This document shows positions 20,332 through 30,770 of a DNA stretch of 64,000 nucleotides, in pieces. The stretch comes from Polyangiales bacterium (GTDB lineage: Bacteria; Myxococcota_A; Polyangia; Polyangiales; Polyangiaceae). Both the position numbers and the translations under genes were made by a program. The stretch covers positions 64,001-128,000 of the forward strand of contig JBBRLQ010000011.1 of assembly GCA_038231275.1 (NCBI GenBank). Direction: 5' to 3'. The number at the start of each line of letters is the position of its first letter. The stretch's first letter is position 1. The notes under the pieces are model-generated. The model worked only from the letters and a program-made list of their open reading frames with translations, was not told the DNA's origin and made no database searches.

Positions 20332-21810
20332 CTAGAACGCCGAGTCCTTTTGGGGAGGCGGCGCGGGGGCTTGCTGTTGGCTGGGCTCGGGGGCCTTGCG
20401 GGGCTGCGGTTTCGCGGCCGCTTTGGGGCTCATCGCATCGAGCTCGCGTTGGGCGCGGGCGGCGTGGCTGGTGACGGTGAGGAGGCGGACGAGGCGCGCG
20501 CGGGCGGTCTCGAACTGGCCGAGCTGGCGGTAGCACTGGCCGCCCTCGAGGAGCGCGTCGTTGCCGTTGTTCGTGCCGGCTTGGCGGCCGACGATCGCGT
20601 CGTAGCGCATGAGGGACGCGCCGCAGCCGGAGCCGTCCCGCACGCTGCGCGCTCCCCAGAGCGCGGCGTTGTTGTCGCCGCTCGCGGCGAGCGCGTCGAA
20701 CTGTCGGGTCGCGTCGGTGAAGTTGCGTTGCGCGTAGGCCGCGCGCGCGGTGTCGAACGCCGACGGGCCCTGATCCACTTTCTTCGGCGCGCCGTCCTTC
20801 GTCGTGTCGCGAAGATCGCCGCCTTGCGCCTGCGCGAGCTGCGGCGCTTGCGCGGGAGCAGCGGCAGGCGGGGCAGGGGCGGCCGGGCTGGCCGTGATCG
20901 TCGTCGGAGCGGGGCGCGACGAGGCCCACGGATCCGCGTTGTCCGCGGCGGGCTTCGAGGCGCGCGCCGGAGGAGTCGTCGGTGCGTTGTTGGCGTAGCC
21001 GCCGTAGCCGCCGCCCCCACCGGGCGCGCCCGCCGCACGCGGCCGACCGTACGCCGAAGCGCCGCCGATGGCGCCCGCGTTGGACGGACCTGCGCCGCGC
21101 GTCGCGACCTTGTTCTTTTCTTCTTTTCCTTCCGCGTCGTCCATATCGAGCGCGCCGAGCGCGCCGCTCTTGTCCGCGCGCCCCTGACCCTTCGTGAGGC
21201 CGTCCATGAAGCCCTTCGATTCGTCTTCGGGCAGCGCCACCGCGGGAGTGGGCGCCGCGGTGGCCGTCGCCATCGCCACCGCGCTCGCGGACGACTGCGC
21301 CTCGCCCGCCTTCTTCGCGCCGTGCGCGGCGTTCGCGGCAGGCGTGTCGAGCGACTCTTCGCGATTGAGCGCGGCGATGCTCGCGGCCGGCGCGCCTTGT
21401 TCGGTCACCGTCATCGGCGCCGCCGCCATCGGGCTCGCCTTTCGACCGCCCTTCAAGAACACGACCGACGACCCGATCATGAGGAGGAAGACCGCGGCCA
21501 TCTGCGTCTGCGGGCGCATCGCCCAGCTCCCGGCGGCTGAGATGGCGCTCGCGAAGCGGCGACGGAACGGCACGACCTTCTGCGCCTCGCGCGTCGCGGC
21601 GAGGATGCGATCCTCGAGCGTGCCGGGCAGCTCCACCATCGGCACGCCGCCGGCGCTCACCATCACGCGGCGCGTCGCGCGGAGGCCACCGTAGATCGAC
21701 GCGCAGCGCGCGCAGCCCGCGACATGCCGCTTCACCGCGGCGCTCGTGAGCTCGTCGAGCTCGTCGTAGAGCTCGTCGATCATCTGGGTTTCGAACTTCT
21801 CGCAATCCAT
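20332..21810 (-). CDS. Zinc-binding (ZAS, zf-HC2) transmembrane anti-sigma factor with C-terminal TPR
   Basis: MDC...HVAGCARC (HxxxCxxC), TM MAAVFLLMIGSSVVFL, long linker, TPR-like end; downstream of ECF sigma. Confidence 0.88.
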   Translation of the reverse strand: MDCEKFETQMIDELYDELDELTSAAVKRHVAGCARCASIYGGLRATRRVMVSAGGVPMVELPGTLEDRILAATREAQKVVPFRRRFASAISAAGSWAMRPQTQMAAVFLLMIGSSVVFLKGGRKASPMAAAPMTVTEQGAPAASIAALNREESLDTPAANAAHGAKKAGEAQSSASAVAMATATAAPTPAVALPEDESKGFMDGLTKGQGRADKSGALGALDMDDAEGKEEKNKVATRGAGPSNAGAIGGASAYGRPRAAGAPGGGGGYGGYANNAPTTPPARASKPAADNADPWASSRPAPTTITASPAAPAPPAAAPAQAPQLAQAQGGDLRDTTKDGAPKKVDQGPSAFDTARAAYAQRNFTDATRQFDALAASGDNNAALWGARSVRDGSGCGASLMRYDAIVGRQAGTNNGNDALLEGGQCYRQLGQFETARARLVRLLTVTSHAARAQRELDAMSPKAAAKPQPRKAPEPSQQQAPAPPPQKDSAF

Positions 21811-21886
21811 GACTACCCTGAAAACCTAACCCTTCCTCTATCGTCTGCCACTTCTCTGCACGTCCAGCCCATCCGCTCTCACGCTC

Positions 21887-22501
21887 TCACCGAAGAGCCC
21901 TCGAGTACTCCTCGTACTCGGCGAGCGCCTCCTGCAGCCGTTCCAGCGCGTAGCGCATGCGGCTCTTCACGGTGTTTTCTGCGATGCCCGTCACCTCGGC
22001 GATCTCCTTGAACGGCAGCCCGGCGATCTCGCGCAAGAGGAACACCTCGCGCTGCTCGTCGGGGAGCGTCTCGAGCGCCTTGGCAATTCGCTCCTTGAGC
22101 TCACTGCTCGTCGCGTCGCGCTCGACGCTCGCCTTGCTGTCGGCCGTCTGCTCACCGAGCGTCGGGCCCCCTTCCTCCCCATCTCCGCCCCGCGAATCGT
22201 CCAGTGACGCGTGACGCCGAAGGGCGCGCTTGCGGAGCTGATCGATGCATAGGTTTCGCGTGATCGTGTAGACCCACGTGGTGAACCGAGCCTCGTGCTT
22301 GAAGTCCGCCGCGTTCTGCACCACGCGCACGAAGGCCTCCTGAACGACGTCCTCCGCGGCCGATTGAAGCCGCAGCTGTCGATAGGCGAAATTGTAGAGC
22401 GCCCCCTGATGCCGCCGGACGAGGGCGGTGAACGCCCCCTTGTCCCCCCTCTGGTAGCGGACCATGAGGGCTTCGTCGGAGATGTCGAACCGCGTCGTCA
22501 T
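21887..22501 (-). CDS. ECF RNA polymerase sigma factor
   Basis: DEALMVRYQRGDKGAF, AEDVVQEAF, FTTWVYTITRNLCID, LPDEQREVFLLRE..GLPFKEIA, TVKSRMRYA. Confidence 0.96.
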   Translation of the reverse strand: MTTRFDISDEALMVRYQRGDKGAFTALVRRHQGALYNFAYRQLRLQSAAEDVVQEAFVRVVQNAADFKHEARFTTWVYTITRNLCIDQLRKRALRRHASLDDSRGGDGEEGGPTLGEQTADSKASVERDATSSELKERIAKALETLPDEQREVFLLREIAGLPFKEIAEVTGIAENTVKSRMRYALERLQEALAEYEEYSRALR

Positions 22502-22571
22502 GAGGGCCTCGTTCGAGACAAACGAGGACGCATGCGGGCGCTGACACTGGGTGTCGCATTTTCTTGGGGAT

Positions 22572-22598
22572 ATAGACGCGCGACCTGCCCCAAAGTTC
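22572..22598 (-). promoter_or_regulatory. ECF-type (sigmaE/AlgU-like) promoter, probably autoregulatory
   Basis: Minus strand GAACTT(22598-93)-N16-TCTAT(22576-72), ~70 nt upstream of the sigma ATG. Confidence 0.65.
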
Positions 22599-22923
22599 TA
22601 TTGGGGTAGCGGCTGTGTTTTCCCGAACAAGTCTCTACGTCTACACCCCGGATGAGCCGGCGGCGTGGTTCGAGGACGGGACGATCTGGCCGTTTCCCCA
22701 TGGGGTCGAGCTCTGCAACGAGGACGTTACGGCGACGTTTTGCGAGGCTATGCCCCTCCCGCCGCTCGCACAACCTGTTTGAGGAGGGCCCTCTTCCGGG
22801 CGTTCGTCGACCCCTCGGCAAGATCTCGCCGCCTCTGGCCACCCGTAGGACCATGGCCACGCCGCAGCTTTGCCACACCGAGGGGTCAGGAGGCTTCTGC
22901 AAAACCCGACTTCATTTCGACGG

Positions 22924-22953
22924 TTGCAAGCTGTGAGCGCAGACGTCTAGACT
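22924..22953 (+). promoter_or_regulatory. Putative sigma70 promoter of the Glt-like operon
   Basis: TTGCAA(22924-29)-18nt-TAGACT(22948-53). Confidence 0.45.
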
Positions 22954-23044
22954 CGGTGCGCCAAACGGTAGCCTAAGCCGGTGCGAGCGTTCCCAGGTCC
23001 TGGCACGTCGCACCCAGTTGTTGTCTTCGAAAGGGGATCTCGAG

Positions 23045-23944
23045 ATGCGTCACGCGAATCTTGCAGCCATTGCGTTCGTGGCTTCACTGGCTTTCTCGTT
23101 CTCTGCCGTCGCACAGCAGAAGGACGCTGGAGCTCCGAAGCCCAGGAAGGACGCAGGCGCGCCCTCCTCCGCGGCGGCTGCGGCGTCTGCGCCGAGCACA
23201 CCGACCGCTGCCGGCGGTGACGGCGGCGCGCCCGCGATGCCGATGCCGGTCGCCGGCGGTCCGTCGACGCCTTCGGACAAGCCGGTGATGGACGGGCCGA
23301 CCTACGCGGTGCGCCTGCGCGATCTCGAAGCGCGCGTCGACGAGCTCAAGGATCAAATTCGCCGAAGCCACACGCGCCTCGCGCTCCTCTCGGACACGAT
23401 CCTCGGCGGCGGCGCCGCGGGCTCGCGCTCGGAGGTCCAGTTCATGAACGAGATGTCGAGCGCGTTCCGCCTGACGAAGGCGCTCTTCGTCATCGACGGC
23501 ACGGTGCAATACAACCGCGCCGACGACACCGGCGCGCTCGCCGATCAGAAAGAGATTCCGATCTTCAGCGGCTCGATCCCGCCGGGCGATCACACCGTGC
23601 AGGTCCTCCTCAACTTCCAGGGCAACGGCTACGGCGTCTTCACCTACCTCCGCGGCTACAAGTTCGAAGTGAAGTCGAGCCACTCGTTCACGTCGGTCGA
23701 GGGCAAGACGCTCACGCTGACCGCGACGGCGCTCGAGAAGGGCGGCGTCACGACCGCGCTCGAGCAGCGTCCTGCGATCGAGTGGCACGAGAAGGTGCAA
23801 GCGCTCGGCGCGGGCTCTGGTCCCTCGGCGCCCGTCGCGCCAGGCGGGGCTCCCGGCACGCCTGGCGCAAGTGGCAACGTCAGTACGACGCCGAGCTCGG
23901 CTGCCGGGTCCATGTCGGTCGGCGGTGGGGGAGAAAAGAAGTGA
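23045..23944 (+). CDS. Exported coiled-coil + beta-sandwich protein, first gene of the Glt-like cluster
   Basis: Signal peptide ...SAVA/QQ; coiled coil YAVRLRDLEARVDELKDQI; PPGDHTVQV..GNGYGVFTYLRGY; ATG23045 after AGGGG. Confidence 0.8.
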   Translation: MRHANLAAIAFVASLAFSFSAVAQQKDAGAPKPRKDAGAPSSAAAAASAPSTPTAAGGDGGAPAMPMPVAGGPSTPSDKPVMDGPTYAVRLRDLEARVDELKDQIRRSHTRLALLSDTILGGGAAGSRSEVQFMNEMSSAFRLTKALFVIDGTVQYNRADDTGALADQKEIPIFSGSIPPGDHTVQVLLNFQGNGYGVFTYLRGYKFEVKSSHSFTSVEGKTLTLTATALEKGGVTTALEQRPAIEWHEKVQALGAGSGPSAPVAPGGAPGTPGASGNVSTTPSSAAGSMSVGGGGEKK

Positions 23945-26331
23945 AGACACGATCGCTTGCCCAGCTTGGTGCGAGCGCGCTGGTCTTCTTGCTCGCCCCG
24001 CACGCGTGGGCTGGCTCCGACGACGACGCGAATCACGCCCAGCAAGAGGTCGTCGCCGTCGACCGCGAGAGCGGCTCGGTCCAGGCCGCCATCCAGAAGG
24101 CGGCGGCGCAGAAGATGACCGCCGAGCAGCGCCTCGCCAACGGCGAGATGCTGTACCGCACGAAGGACTACTCGCGCGCCGGCGTCGTCTTCAGCGAGAT
24201 CATGGAGGAGTACCCCGATACTCCGAACTACCCCGACGCGCTCTGGCTGCGCGGCGAGACGTACTACGCGACCAAGGAGTACCTGTCGGCGCGCCGCGAC
24301 TACCGCGCGCTCGTCGATCGCGGGAGCGAGGCGCGCTTCCAGCCGTACTTCGGTAAAGCGCTCGCGCGTCTCGTCGACGTGTCCCTCCGCATCGGCGACA
24401 TCAAGGGGCTCGACGAGGTCTTCGCGAAGCTGAATCAGGTCCCGCCGTCGCAGGTCGACGCCGGCCTCAACTACGCCAAGGGGAAGGCCTATTACGCGAC
24501 CAAGGACTACGGCAACGCGATGTCGTCCTTGCAAGCGGTGCAGCCGAACACGCCGTACACGCACCAAGCCCGCTATTTCCAAGGCCTCGTGCAGATGAAG
24601 CAGGCCAAACCGGGCGCGACGTCGATCGGCCTCGATGGCCGCCCGAAGACCCAGCCGGCCAACTACAAAACCGCGATCGAGCAGTTCAAGCTCGTGACCG
24701 ATCTGCCGCCGGACAGCGACGACCACAAGCACGTGATCGATCTCTCGTGGATGGCGATCGGCCGCCTCTTCTACGAGATGGAGCAGTACCAGCAGGCGAG
24801 CGAGGCCTACGCGAAGGTCGGGCGCGACTCGCCCGAGTTCGACACGATGCTCTACGAGCTCGCGTGGGTGTACGTCCGCCTGGGAGACGTGCAGCGTGCA
24901 GAGCGCGCGCTCGAGGTCCTCTCGATTGCCGATCCGTCGAGCCCGTACGTGGGCGACGGCTCGCTCCTCCGCGCAGATCTTCTCCTCCGCGCCGGCGCCT
25001 TCGACAAGGCGCTCACCCTCTACGAGGGCGTCCGCGCCCAGTACGAGCCGATGCGCACGAAGGTCGACGCGTTCATGGACCAGAACTCCGACGTCCGCGT
25101 CTTCTACGACAAGCTGAGCCAGCAGCAGCTCGATACGCTCGATCAAAGCGAGCAGCTCCCGCCGTTGGCAATCCGCTGGGCGCGCGAGGCCGAGGACGGC
25201 CCCATGGCGTTTGCCGTCATCGACGACGTCCTCCAGTGCAAGACGCTCATCCGGCAGAGTAACCAGCTGATCGACAAGCTCACCGCGCTGACCGAGGCCT
25301 CGAACCGCGTTCGCGCGTTTCCGGAGCTCGCGGCAGGTGAGGAGAAGGCGCTCGGCCTCATCAACCGCATCTCGCGCGCGCGCGTCGAGATCGCGACCGG
25401 GCTCGACTCCGAGGAGCCGGGCGAGCTGTCGGGCGAGATCGGCGGCGTGCGCAAGCAACGGCGCGATCTCATGGCGACCATGACCGGCCTTCCGATCCAA
25501 TCGAAGGACTTCATCGATCGCGAGCAGCAGGGCGTGAGGCAGTGGAATGTCGTGAGCCAGGAGCTCACGCGTCGAAACCTCGAGATTGATCAGCTGCAAG
25601 CCGTCATCAACGGCCTTCGCCGCTGGCTCAAAGAAGACTCGCAGCGCGGCGTCGCCCGCGACGCGGCCTCGATCGAGCGCTTCAACACGGAGCTCGTCGA
25701 GAACGAGAAGCTCCTGAAGCAGTACCAGGCGCAGGTCGTGGAGCTCCGTCGTCAGGTGGAGTTCGGGCGCTTCCAGATCGGCATCGGCGACGCGCGCTTC
25801 CAGGCCGACGCGATGGGGCGCGTCCAGTTCCGCGACGTCCTCGATCGCGAGGTCCAGCTCGCGGTCGGCGGTCAGGCAGGTGCGAACGCGCAGCGCTACG
25901 GACAGCGCGTCCAGACCGTTCTCATGCAGGCGCGCAACGTCGAGGACAAGCTCGTCGCCGCGTTCGCGCAGCTCGAGCAGCAAGTCGGAATGCGCATCGG
26001 TGAGGTGCGCGCCAAGATCGACGCCGAGCGCGCGAAGATGGTCGGCTTCCAGACCCAGCTCGACGGGCTCGACGGCGAAGCGCGCCAGCTCGTCGGCGAG
26101 GTCGCGCGCCGCAACTTCGGCTACGTGCGCGACAAGCTCCGCGGCATCGTCCTCCGCGCCGACGTCGGCATCACCGAGCAGGCGTGGGAGGTCCGCGAAG
26201 AGGAGCTCGATCGCGTGCACAACCTGCAAGCCGAGCGCGCGCGGGAAGAGCAGCTCCTCGACGAAGAGCTGCGCGAAGTTCTCGACGATTCGGGGGATTC
26301 GTCCAAGGCGGCCACGCCGCCGGGCAAGTGA
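23941..26331 (+). CDS. Exported TPR + long coiled-coil protein (GltC/NfsC-like architecture)
   Basis: GTGA overlap; signal peptide HAWA; TPRs (YPDALWLRGETYY, MLYELAWVYVR); C-terminal coiled coil ending ADVGITEQAW. Confidence 0.8.
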   Translation: MKTRSLAQLGASALVFLLAPHAWAGSDDDANHAQQEVVAVDRESGSVQAAIQKAAAQKMTAEQRLANGEMLYRTKDYSRAGVVFSEIMEEYPDTPNYPDALWLRGETYYATKEYLSARRDYRALVDRGSEARFQPYFGKALARLVDVSLRIGDIKGLDEVFAKLNQVPPSQVDAGLNYAKGKAYYATKDYGNAMSSLQAVQPNTPYTHQARYFQGLVQMKQAKPGATSIGLDGRPKTQPANYKTAIEQFKLVTDLPPDSDDHKHVIDLSWMAIGRLFYEMEQYQQASEAYAKVGRDSPEFDTMLYELAWVYVRLGDVQRAERALEVLSIADPSSPYVGDGSLLRADLLLRAGAFDKALTLYEGVRAQYEPMRTKVDAFMDQNSDVRVFYDKLSQQQLDTLDQSEQLPPLAIRWAREAEDGPMAFAVIDDVLQCKTLIRQSNQLIDKLTALTEASNRVRAFPELAAGEEKALGLINRISRARVEIATGLDSEEPGELSGEIGGVRKQRRDLMATMTGLPIQSKDFIDREQQGVRQWNVVSQELTRRNLEIDQLQAVINGLRRWLKEDSQRGVARDAASIERFNTELVENEKLLKQYQAQVVELRRQVEFGRFQIGIGDARFQADAMGRVQFRDVLDREVQLAVGGQAGANAQRYGQRVQTVLMQARNVEDKLVAAFAQLEQQVGMRIGEVRAKIDAERAKMVGFQTQLDGLDGEARQLVGEVARRNFGYVRDKLRGIVLRADVGITEQAWEVREEELDRVHNLQAERAREEQLLDEELREVLDDSGDSSKAATPPGK

Positions 26332-29300
26332 GCGGACAAGTGAAAGCATTCATGAGGACGAGAGCTTCCTGGGGCATGCGTGGGATCTTCGGAGGCAGCA
26401 TCGTCGTCCTGACGGCGGCGCTGACCTTGTCGAGCGTGTCGGCGCAGCCGCGTCGTCCGGCGGCAGGTGCTGCAGCGGGAGGCGCAGGGAAGGCGGACGC
26501 GGGGAAGGCCCCGGCGCGCCCCGGAGGTCGACCCACCGGACGCGCAGGCGCTGCCGACGCGGGCGCGCCGATCCCGGTCGGCGTCGCGAACGCGTCCGAT
26601 GCTGGCGCTTCGACCGCTACGAACGACGAGGCGGGCACATCGTACACGACGGCGCAGATGGACACCGCCGCGCCGCAAGCGAGCGCGCGCGTCATCACGC
26701 CGCCTCCCCCTCCTCCTACGCCGCAGCAGGTCGCCGCCCTCGATGCGCTCCGCGCCGAGACCGATGCCTACGAGCAAGGCGCCAAGGAGTACCGCGACAC
26801 CGTCACCACGATCATCAAGCTCCACTACGAGGCGAAGAAGAAGGAGGTCCTGTCGGGCCTCGACCACGAGATCACCGTCGAGAAGGCGGAGCTGAAGAAG
26901 GCCCGCGAGATCGCGATCAAGCGCCTCGAGGAGTTCGTCGCCAAGTACAGCGGCCCCAACGCGCAGCCCGAGGCCACGCCCGACGCGATGTACCGCCTCG
27001 CCGCCCTCTACGAAGAGCGCGCGCGCTCAGAGGACGCCGTCGAGCCGATCGAGATCGGCCTCAAGCCCGCGATCGTCCTCTACAAGCGCGTCATCACAGA
27101 GTTCCCGCAGTACCGCGAGCTTGCCGGCATCTACTACTTCCTCGGCCACGCCTACAACGACTCGAGCCGCATCAACGAGGCGCAGCAAGTCTGGCGCTCG
27201 CTCGTCTGCCACAACAAATTCCCGTACCCGACTCCTCCCGATCCGAAAAATCCCGAGGCCGACTCGATCACGCCGCTGCCTCAGGATCACGACGAGGCGT
27301 ACTGGACGACGTGGCTAGCGCAGCACAACGACGCCAAGCGCTTCAGGAAGGGCGCCGGCGCCGACACGATGTACATCGACCCGTACCCCGCCGACTGCGC
27401 GGGCATTCCGCAGCCCGGCCTCCGCGCCGGCGAAGAGCCGAAGTACGTGGCCGAGATCTGGTGGCAGATCGGAAACTGGGAGTTCGACCAGCTCGATCTC
27501 GGCGGCGGCGTCGCGAAGGACGAGCCGAACGCCGCCTACGACTTCAACCGCGCCGCCAGCGCCTACACCAAGGCGATGCAGTTCAAGAAGCCGCCGCTCT
27601 TCGGCGTCAGCCTCTACAAGTACGCGTGGACGCTCTTCAAGCAGCAGCGCTACGAGGCCGCGACGAAAGAGTTCGTCCGCCTCCTCGTTTACACCGACGA
27701 GCAGCAGAAGCTGACCGGCGATCCCGGCGCCGACTTCCGCTCCGAGGCGTACACGTACATCGCCGGCTCGCTCACGAACGTCGACTTCAAGGGACCTGAT
27801 CCCGACGAACCGTACATCCAGCGGCCGGACATCATCGACACCGAGCCAAAGCCCGACGTCGCGGAGAGGAAACTCCACGTCGCCGTCGACCGCGTGAAAG
27901 ATCCCACGATCATCCCCCAGGACAAGCCCTGGACGATCGAGATCTACAAGGCGCTCGCCGACGAGTTCCGGAGCCTCAACCAGTTCGTCAACGCGGTCGA
28001 GGTCTACGACACGATCCTGAAGAAGTGGCCGATGGATCCGACGGCGCCGGACGTGCAGAACGCCATCGCCGAGACGTACGACCAGATGAACTTCACGCGC
28101 AAGCCGGGCACGCCCGAGCACGACGCGAACGCCAGCAAGGCGCTCGAAGCGCGGACGAAGCTCGCGAACTACATCGGCAACACGCCGTGGGTCGACGCGA
28201 ACAAGGACAACCCCACGGCGCTCCACAACGCCGAGCGCCTCGTGCGCGGCGGCCTCCGTCAGGCGGCCGTCCAGCACACGAACAACGGCAAGGCCGCCCT
28301 CGTCGCCGCCAGCTCCACGGGAGACGTCGCGCGCCAGGTCGAGCAGCTCTCGCGCGCGCAGGCGGAGTACCGTCTCGCCGCGCTCGGCTGGCTCGGCTTC
28401 CTGAAGCAAGACGAGAACGCCCCCGACGCGTACGAGAGCCGCTACTGGCTCGCCGACGCGCGTCACCAGCAGGTGCGCATCTCGGTCGTCCTCCACCAGG
28501 TGTCGCCGAAGCAGTTCGGCGAGCCGACGCGCAAGGACATCGACGAGGCGAAGGCCGCGGCGGTCGACGTGCGCGACTCGAACGAGGACGACAAGTTCCT
28601 CGACAACGCGGCGCTCTTCGTCGTCGACGAGTCGGACATCGATCGCGACCTTTCGTACACGCGCTTTACCGAGTCGAACGGCTCGCAGGGCGTCGAGAAG
28701 CGCGGCGAGCTGCGCTTCGACTCCGACGGCCCCGACAAGAAGGTCGTCGTCGACAAGGTCCCGCCGGTGGTCCAGCTCTCGATCCAGGCGCGCGACGAGT
28801 ACACTTCGCGCGTCCCCGAGCGCCTCGACGTCGCCAAGAACGGGATCCAGTACCAGTACTACATCGGCGAGACCTACTTCCTCTACGGCCAGTTCGAGCT
28901 GGCGCGCCAGCGCTTCGAACCGATGTGGAAGGACCACTGCAAGAAGGACGAGTACGGCTACAAAGCGTGGGAGAAGCTCATCACGATGAGCAACGCCATG
29001 CGCGACGCCGAGCGCTCGCGCGGCCTCGCCGAGGCCGAGAAGTCCAACTCGTGCGCCGTCACCGCGGAGCAGACCGCAGGCGCCGGCACGATCATCAACC
29101 CGACCTTGCAAGAGGCGGCGTACGTCGACGCGCGCAAGAAGTTCGAGAAGGCGTGCGAGGCCCCCGTCGGCTCGCCGTGCAAGAACCCGAACGCGCCCGA
29201 GAAGAAGCCCCTCTGGCGTGACGCGGCGGCCGCATACGGCGTCGCCCTCCAGGACGCGCCGGGCCGCGACGAGGCGCCGGAAGCGGCGATGAACTCCGCC

Positions 29301-30770
29301 TACGCCTACAAGCAGGTCGGCGACTACAACAAGGCGATCGAGCTCTACAACAAGTTCATCGCCGAGTACGGCAGCGAAGATCGCCTGACCAAGCTCGAGA
29401 AGGGCGACCCGAAGTCGAAGACCGCGCCCGAGCCCAAGAAATACGCAGAGCGCGTCAAGTACTTGTATGATGCATACGACGCGCTCTCGACCACCTACTA
29501 CTCGTTCTTCAACTACCAGCGCGCCGCCGAGTCGTACGACAAGATGGCGACCAGCCCGCGCTTCGACGAGACGAAGCGCAAGGTCGCCGCGCGCAACGCC
29601 ATCGTCCTTTTTGCCAGCATGGGCCAGAGGGACAAGATGGTCAGCGAGTACAAGACGCTGAACGGCCTTCACCCGAACCCCGAGGAGAAGGCGAACGCCG
29701 ACTTCCTGGTTGCCAACTACGACTACACGCAGTGGGACAGCAAGGGCGGCGACACGGGCAGTAACCGCGCGGCGCGCCTCGCGGCGGACGGTTCGCTCCA
29801 GACCTTCTACATGCAGCACCGCACCAAGCCCGAGGCGTCCAAGTACGCGCTCATGGCGGCGTACCAGGTCGGGCACATGAAGAAGGTGGTCGGCGATCCC
29901 ACGTACCGCACGTGGTTCAAGACGATCATCTCTGCGTGGGCGTTCATGTCGAAGAACGGCACCGCGGTAAAGGGCGCGAACGGCGCGACGCAGGCGGAGG
30001 CGCTCCAGCCCCCGTTCGTGGACTACGCCGCCGAGGCCGAGTTCACGCTCCTCGACGAGGAGATCGCCGACAAGTTCGACAAGAGCCCGAACCGCGCGCG
30101 CTACTGCGGCAGCCTCGACGAGGTGCTCGGCAAGTTCGACAAGAACGGCGGGCGCATCAGCCAGGGCAAGTACAACGCCGACGCGCTCATCGCCGACAAG
30201 TACGACAAGGAGCTCGATCGCATCGCGCGCACGTACCCGTCCGTCGAGTGGACCCCCGCCGCCATCGCGCGTCAGGGCTCGCTCTACGACGGCCTCCGCA
30301 CCGGCCTCTACAACACGACGACGGCCGGCGGTAAGGACAACTGCTTCAAGCTCTTCACCGCCCAGCAGGAGAACGTCCTGAAGACGATGGAGAACAGCGG
30401 CCGCGAGGCTCTGCAGAACCAGGCCGACGAGATCCGCTCGCGCGCGAAGGAGGGCTGGCGCTCCAAGAAGGAGAGCGAGCTCGCCGGGACCGACACGCTC
30501 ATGGTCCGCAAGTACTCGCAGTCGGTGTACCTCGGCCGCCGCTACAACGTGCGGAACGCCTGGGTGAACCGCGCGATCTCGAAGCTTGCATACTACACGG
30601 ACATCATCGGCGACGCGAAGATGAAGGACTACGTCACGTCGACGACCGATCCGACCGACGCGAGCAAGAAGCTCGACTACAAGGACCAGATGTACCCGCA
30701 GTCGCGTCCTGGCCTCGGCGCAACGCCTCCGCCCAACGGCGGCGCGTTGCCGCTCCCGGTGGCGCCGTGA
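26328..30770 (+). CDS. Very large exported TPR protein, GltD/AgmU-like
   Basis: Signal peptide; TPDAMYRLAALYEE, IYYFLGHAY, SLYKYAWTLFK, EAPEAAMNSAYAY, WTPAAIARQG; precedes GltE/F/G-like genes; start within 26328-26376. Confidence 0.75.
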   Translation: MSGQVKAFMRTRASWGMRGIFGGSIVVLTAALTLSSVSAQPRRPAAGAAAGGAGKADAGKAPARPGGRPTGRAGAADAGAPIPVGVANASDAGASTATNDEAGTSYTTAQMDTAAPQASARVITPPPPPPTPQQVAALDALRAETDAYEQGAKEYRDTVTTIIKLHYEAKKKEVLSGLDHEITVEKAELKKAREIAIKRLEEFVAKYSGPNAQPEATPDAMYRLAALYEERARSEDAVEPIEIGLKPAIVLYKRVITEFPQYRELAGIYYFLGHAYNDSSRINEAQQVWRSLVCHNKFPYPTPPDPKNPEADSITPLPQDHDEAYWTTWLAQHNDAKRFRKGAGADTMYIDPYPADCAGIPQPGLRAGEEPKYVAEIWWQIGNWEFDQLDLGGGVAKDEPNAAYDFNRAASAYTKAMQFKKPPLFGVSLYKYAWTLFKQQRYEAATKEFVRLLVYTDEQQKLTGDPGADFRSEAYTYIAGSLTNVDFKGPDPDEPYIQRPDIIDTEPKPDVAERKLHVAVDRVKDPTIIPQDKPWTIEIYKALADEFRSLNQFVNAVEVYDTILKKWPMDPTAPDVQNAIAETYDQMNFTRKPGTPEHDANASKALEARTKLANYIGNTPWVDANKDNPTALHNAERLVRGGLRQAAVQHTNNGKAALVAASSTGDVARQVEQLSRAQAEYRLAALGWLGFLKQDENAPDAYESRYWLADARHQQVRISVVLHQVSPKQFGEPTRKDIDEAKAAAVDVRDSNEDDKFLDNAALFVVDESDIDRDLSYTRFTESNGSQGVEKRGELRFDSDGPDKKVVVDKVPPVVQLSIQARDEYTSRVPERLDVAKNGIQYQYYIGETYFLYGQFELARQRFEPMWKDHCKKDEYGYKAWEKLITMSNAMRDAERSRGLAEAEKSNSCAVTAEQTAGAGTIINPTLQEAAYVDARKKFEKACEAPVGSPCKNPNAPEKKPLWRDAAAAYGVALQDAPGRDEAPEAAMNSAYAYKQVGDYNKAIELYNKFIAEYGSEDRLTKLEKGDPKSKTAPEPKKYAERVKYLYDAYDALSTTYYSFFNYQRAAESYDKMATSPRFDETKRKVAARNAIVLFASMGQRDKMVSEYKTLNGLHPNPEEKANADFLVANYDYTQWDSKGGDTGSNRAARLAADGSLQTFYMQHRTKPEASKYALMAAYQVGHMKKVVGDPTYRTWFKTIISAWAFMSKNGTAVKGANGATQAEALQPPFVDYAAEAEFTLLDEEIADKFDKSPNRARYCGSLDEVLGKFDKNGGRISQGKYNADALIADKYDKELDRIARTYPSVEWTPAAIARQGSLYDGLRTGLYNTTTAGGKDNCFKLFTAQQENVLKTMENSGREALQNQADEIRSRAKEGWRSKKESELAGTDTLMVRKYSQSVYLGRRYNVRNAWVNRAISKLAYYTDIIGDAKMKDYVTSTTDPTDASKKLDYKDQMYPQSRPGLGATPPPNGGALPLPVAP

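Noticed and set aside
22652..22936. 94 aa ORF (and overlapping ORFs) in the sigma/Glt intergenic region
   Set aside because: No motif, no SD, atypical codon use; more likely regulatory DNA. An sRNA cannot be excluded but I saw no recognisable structure
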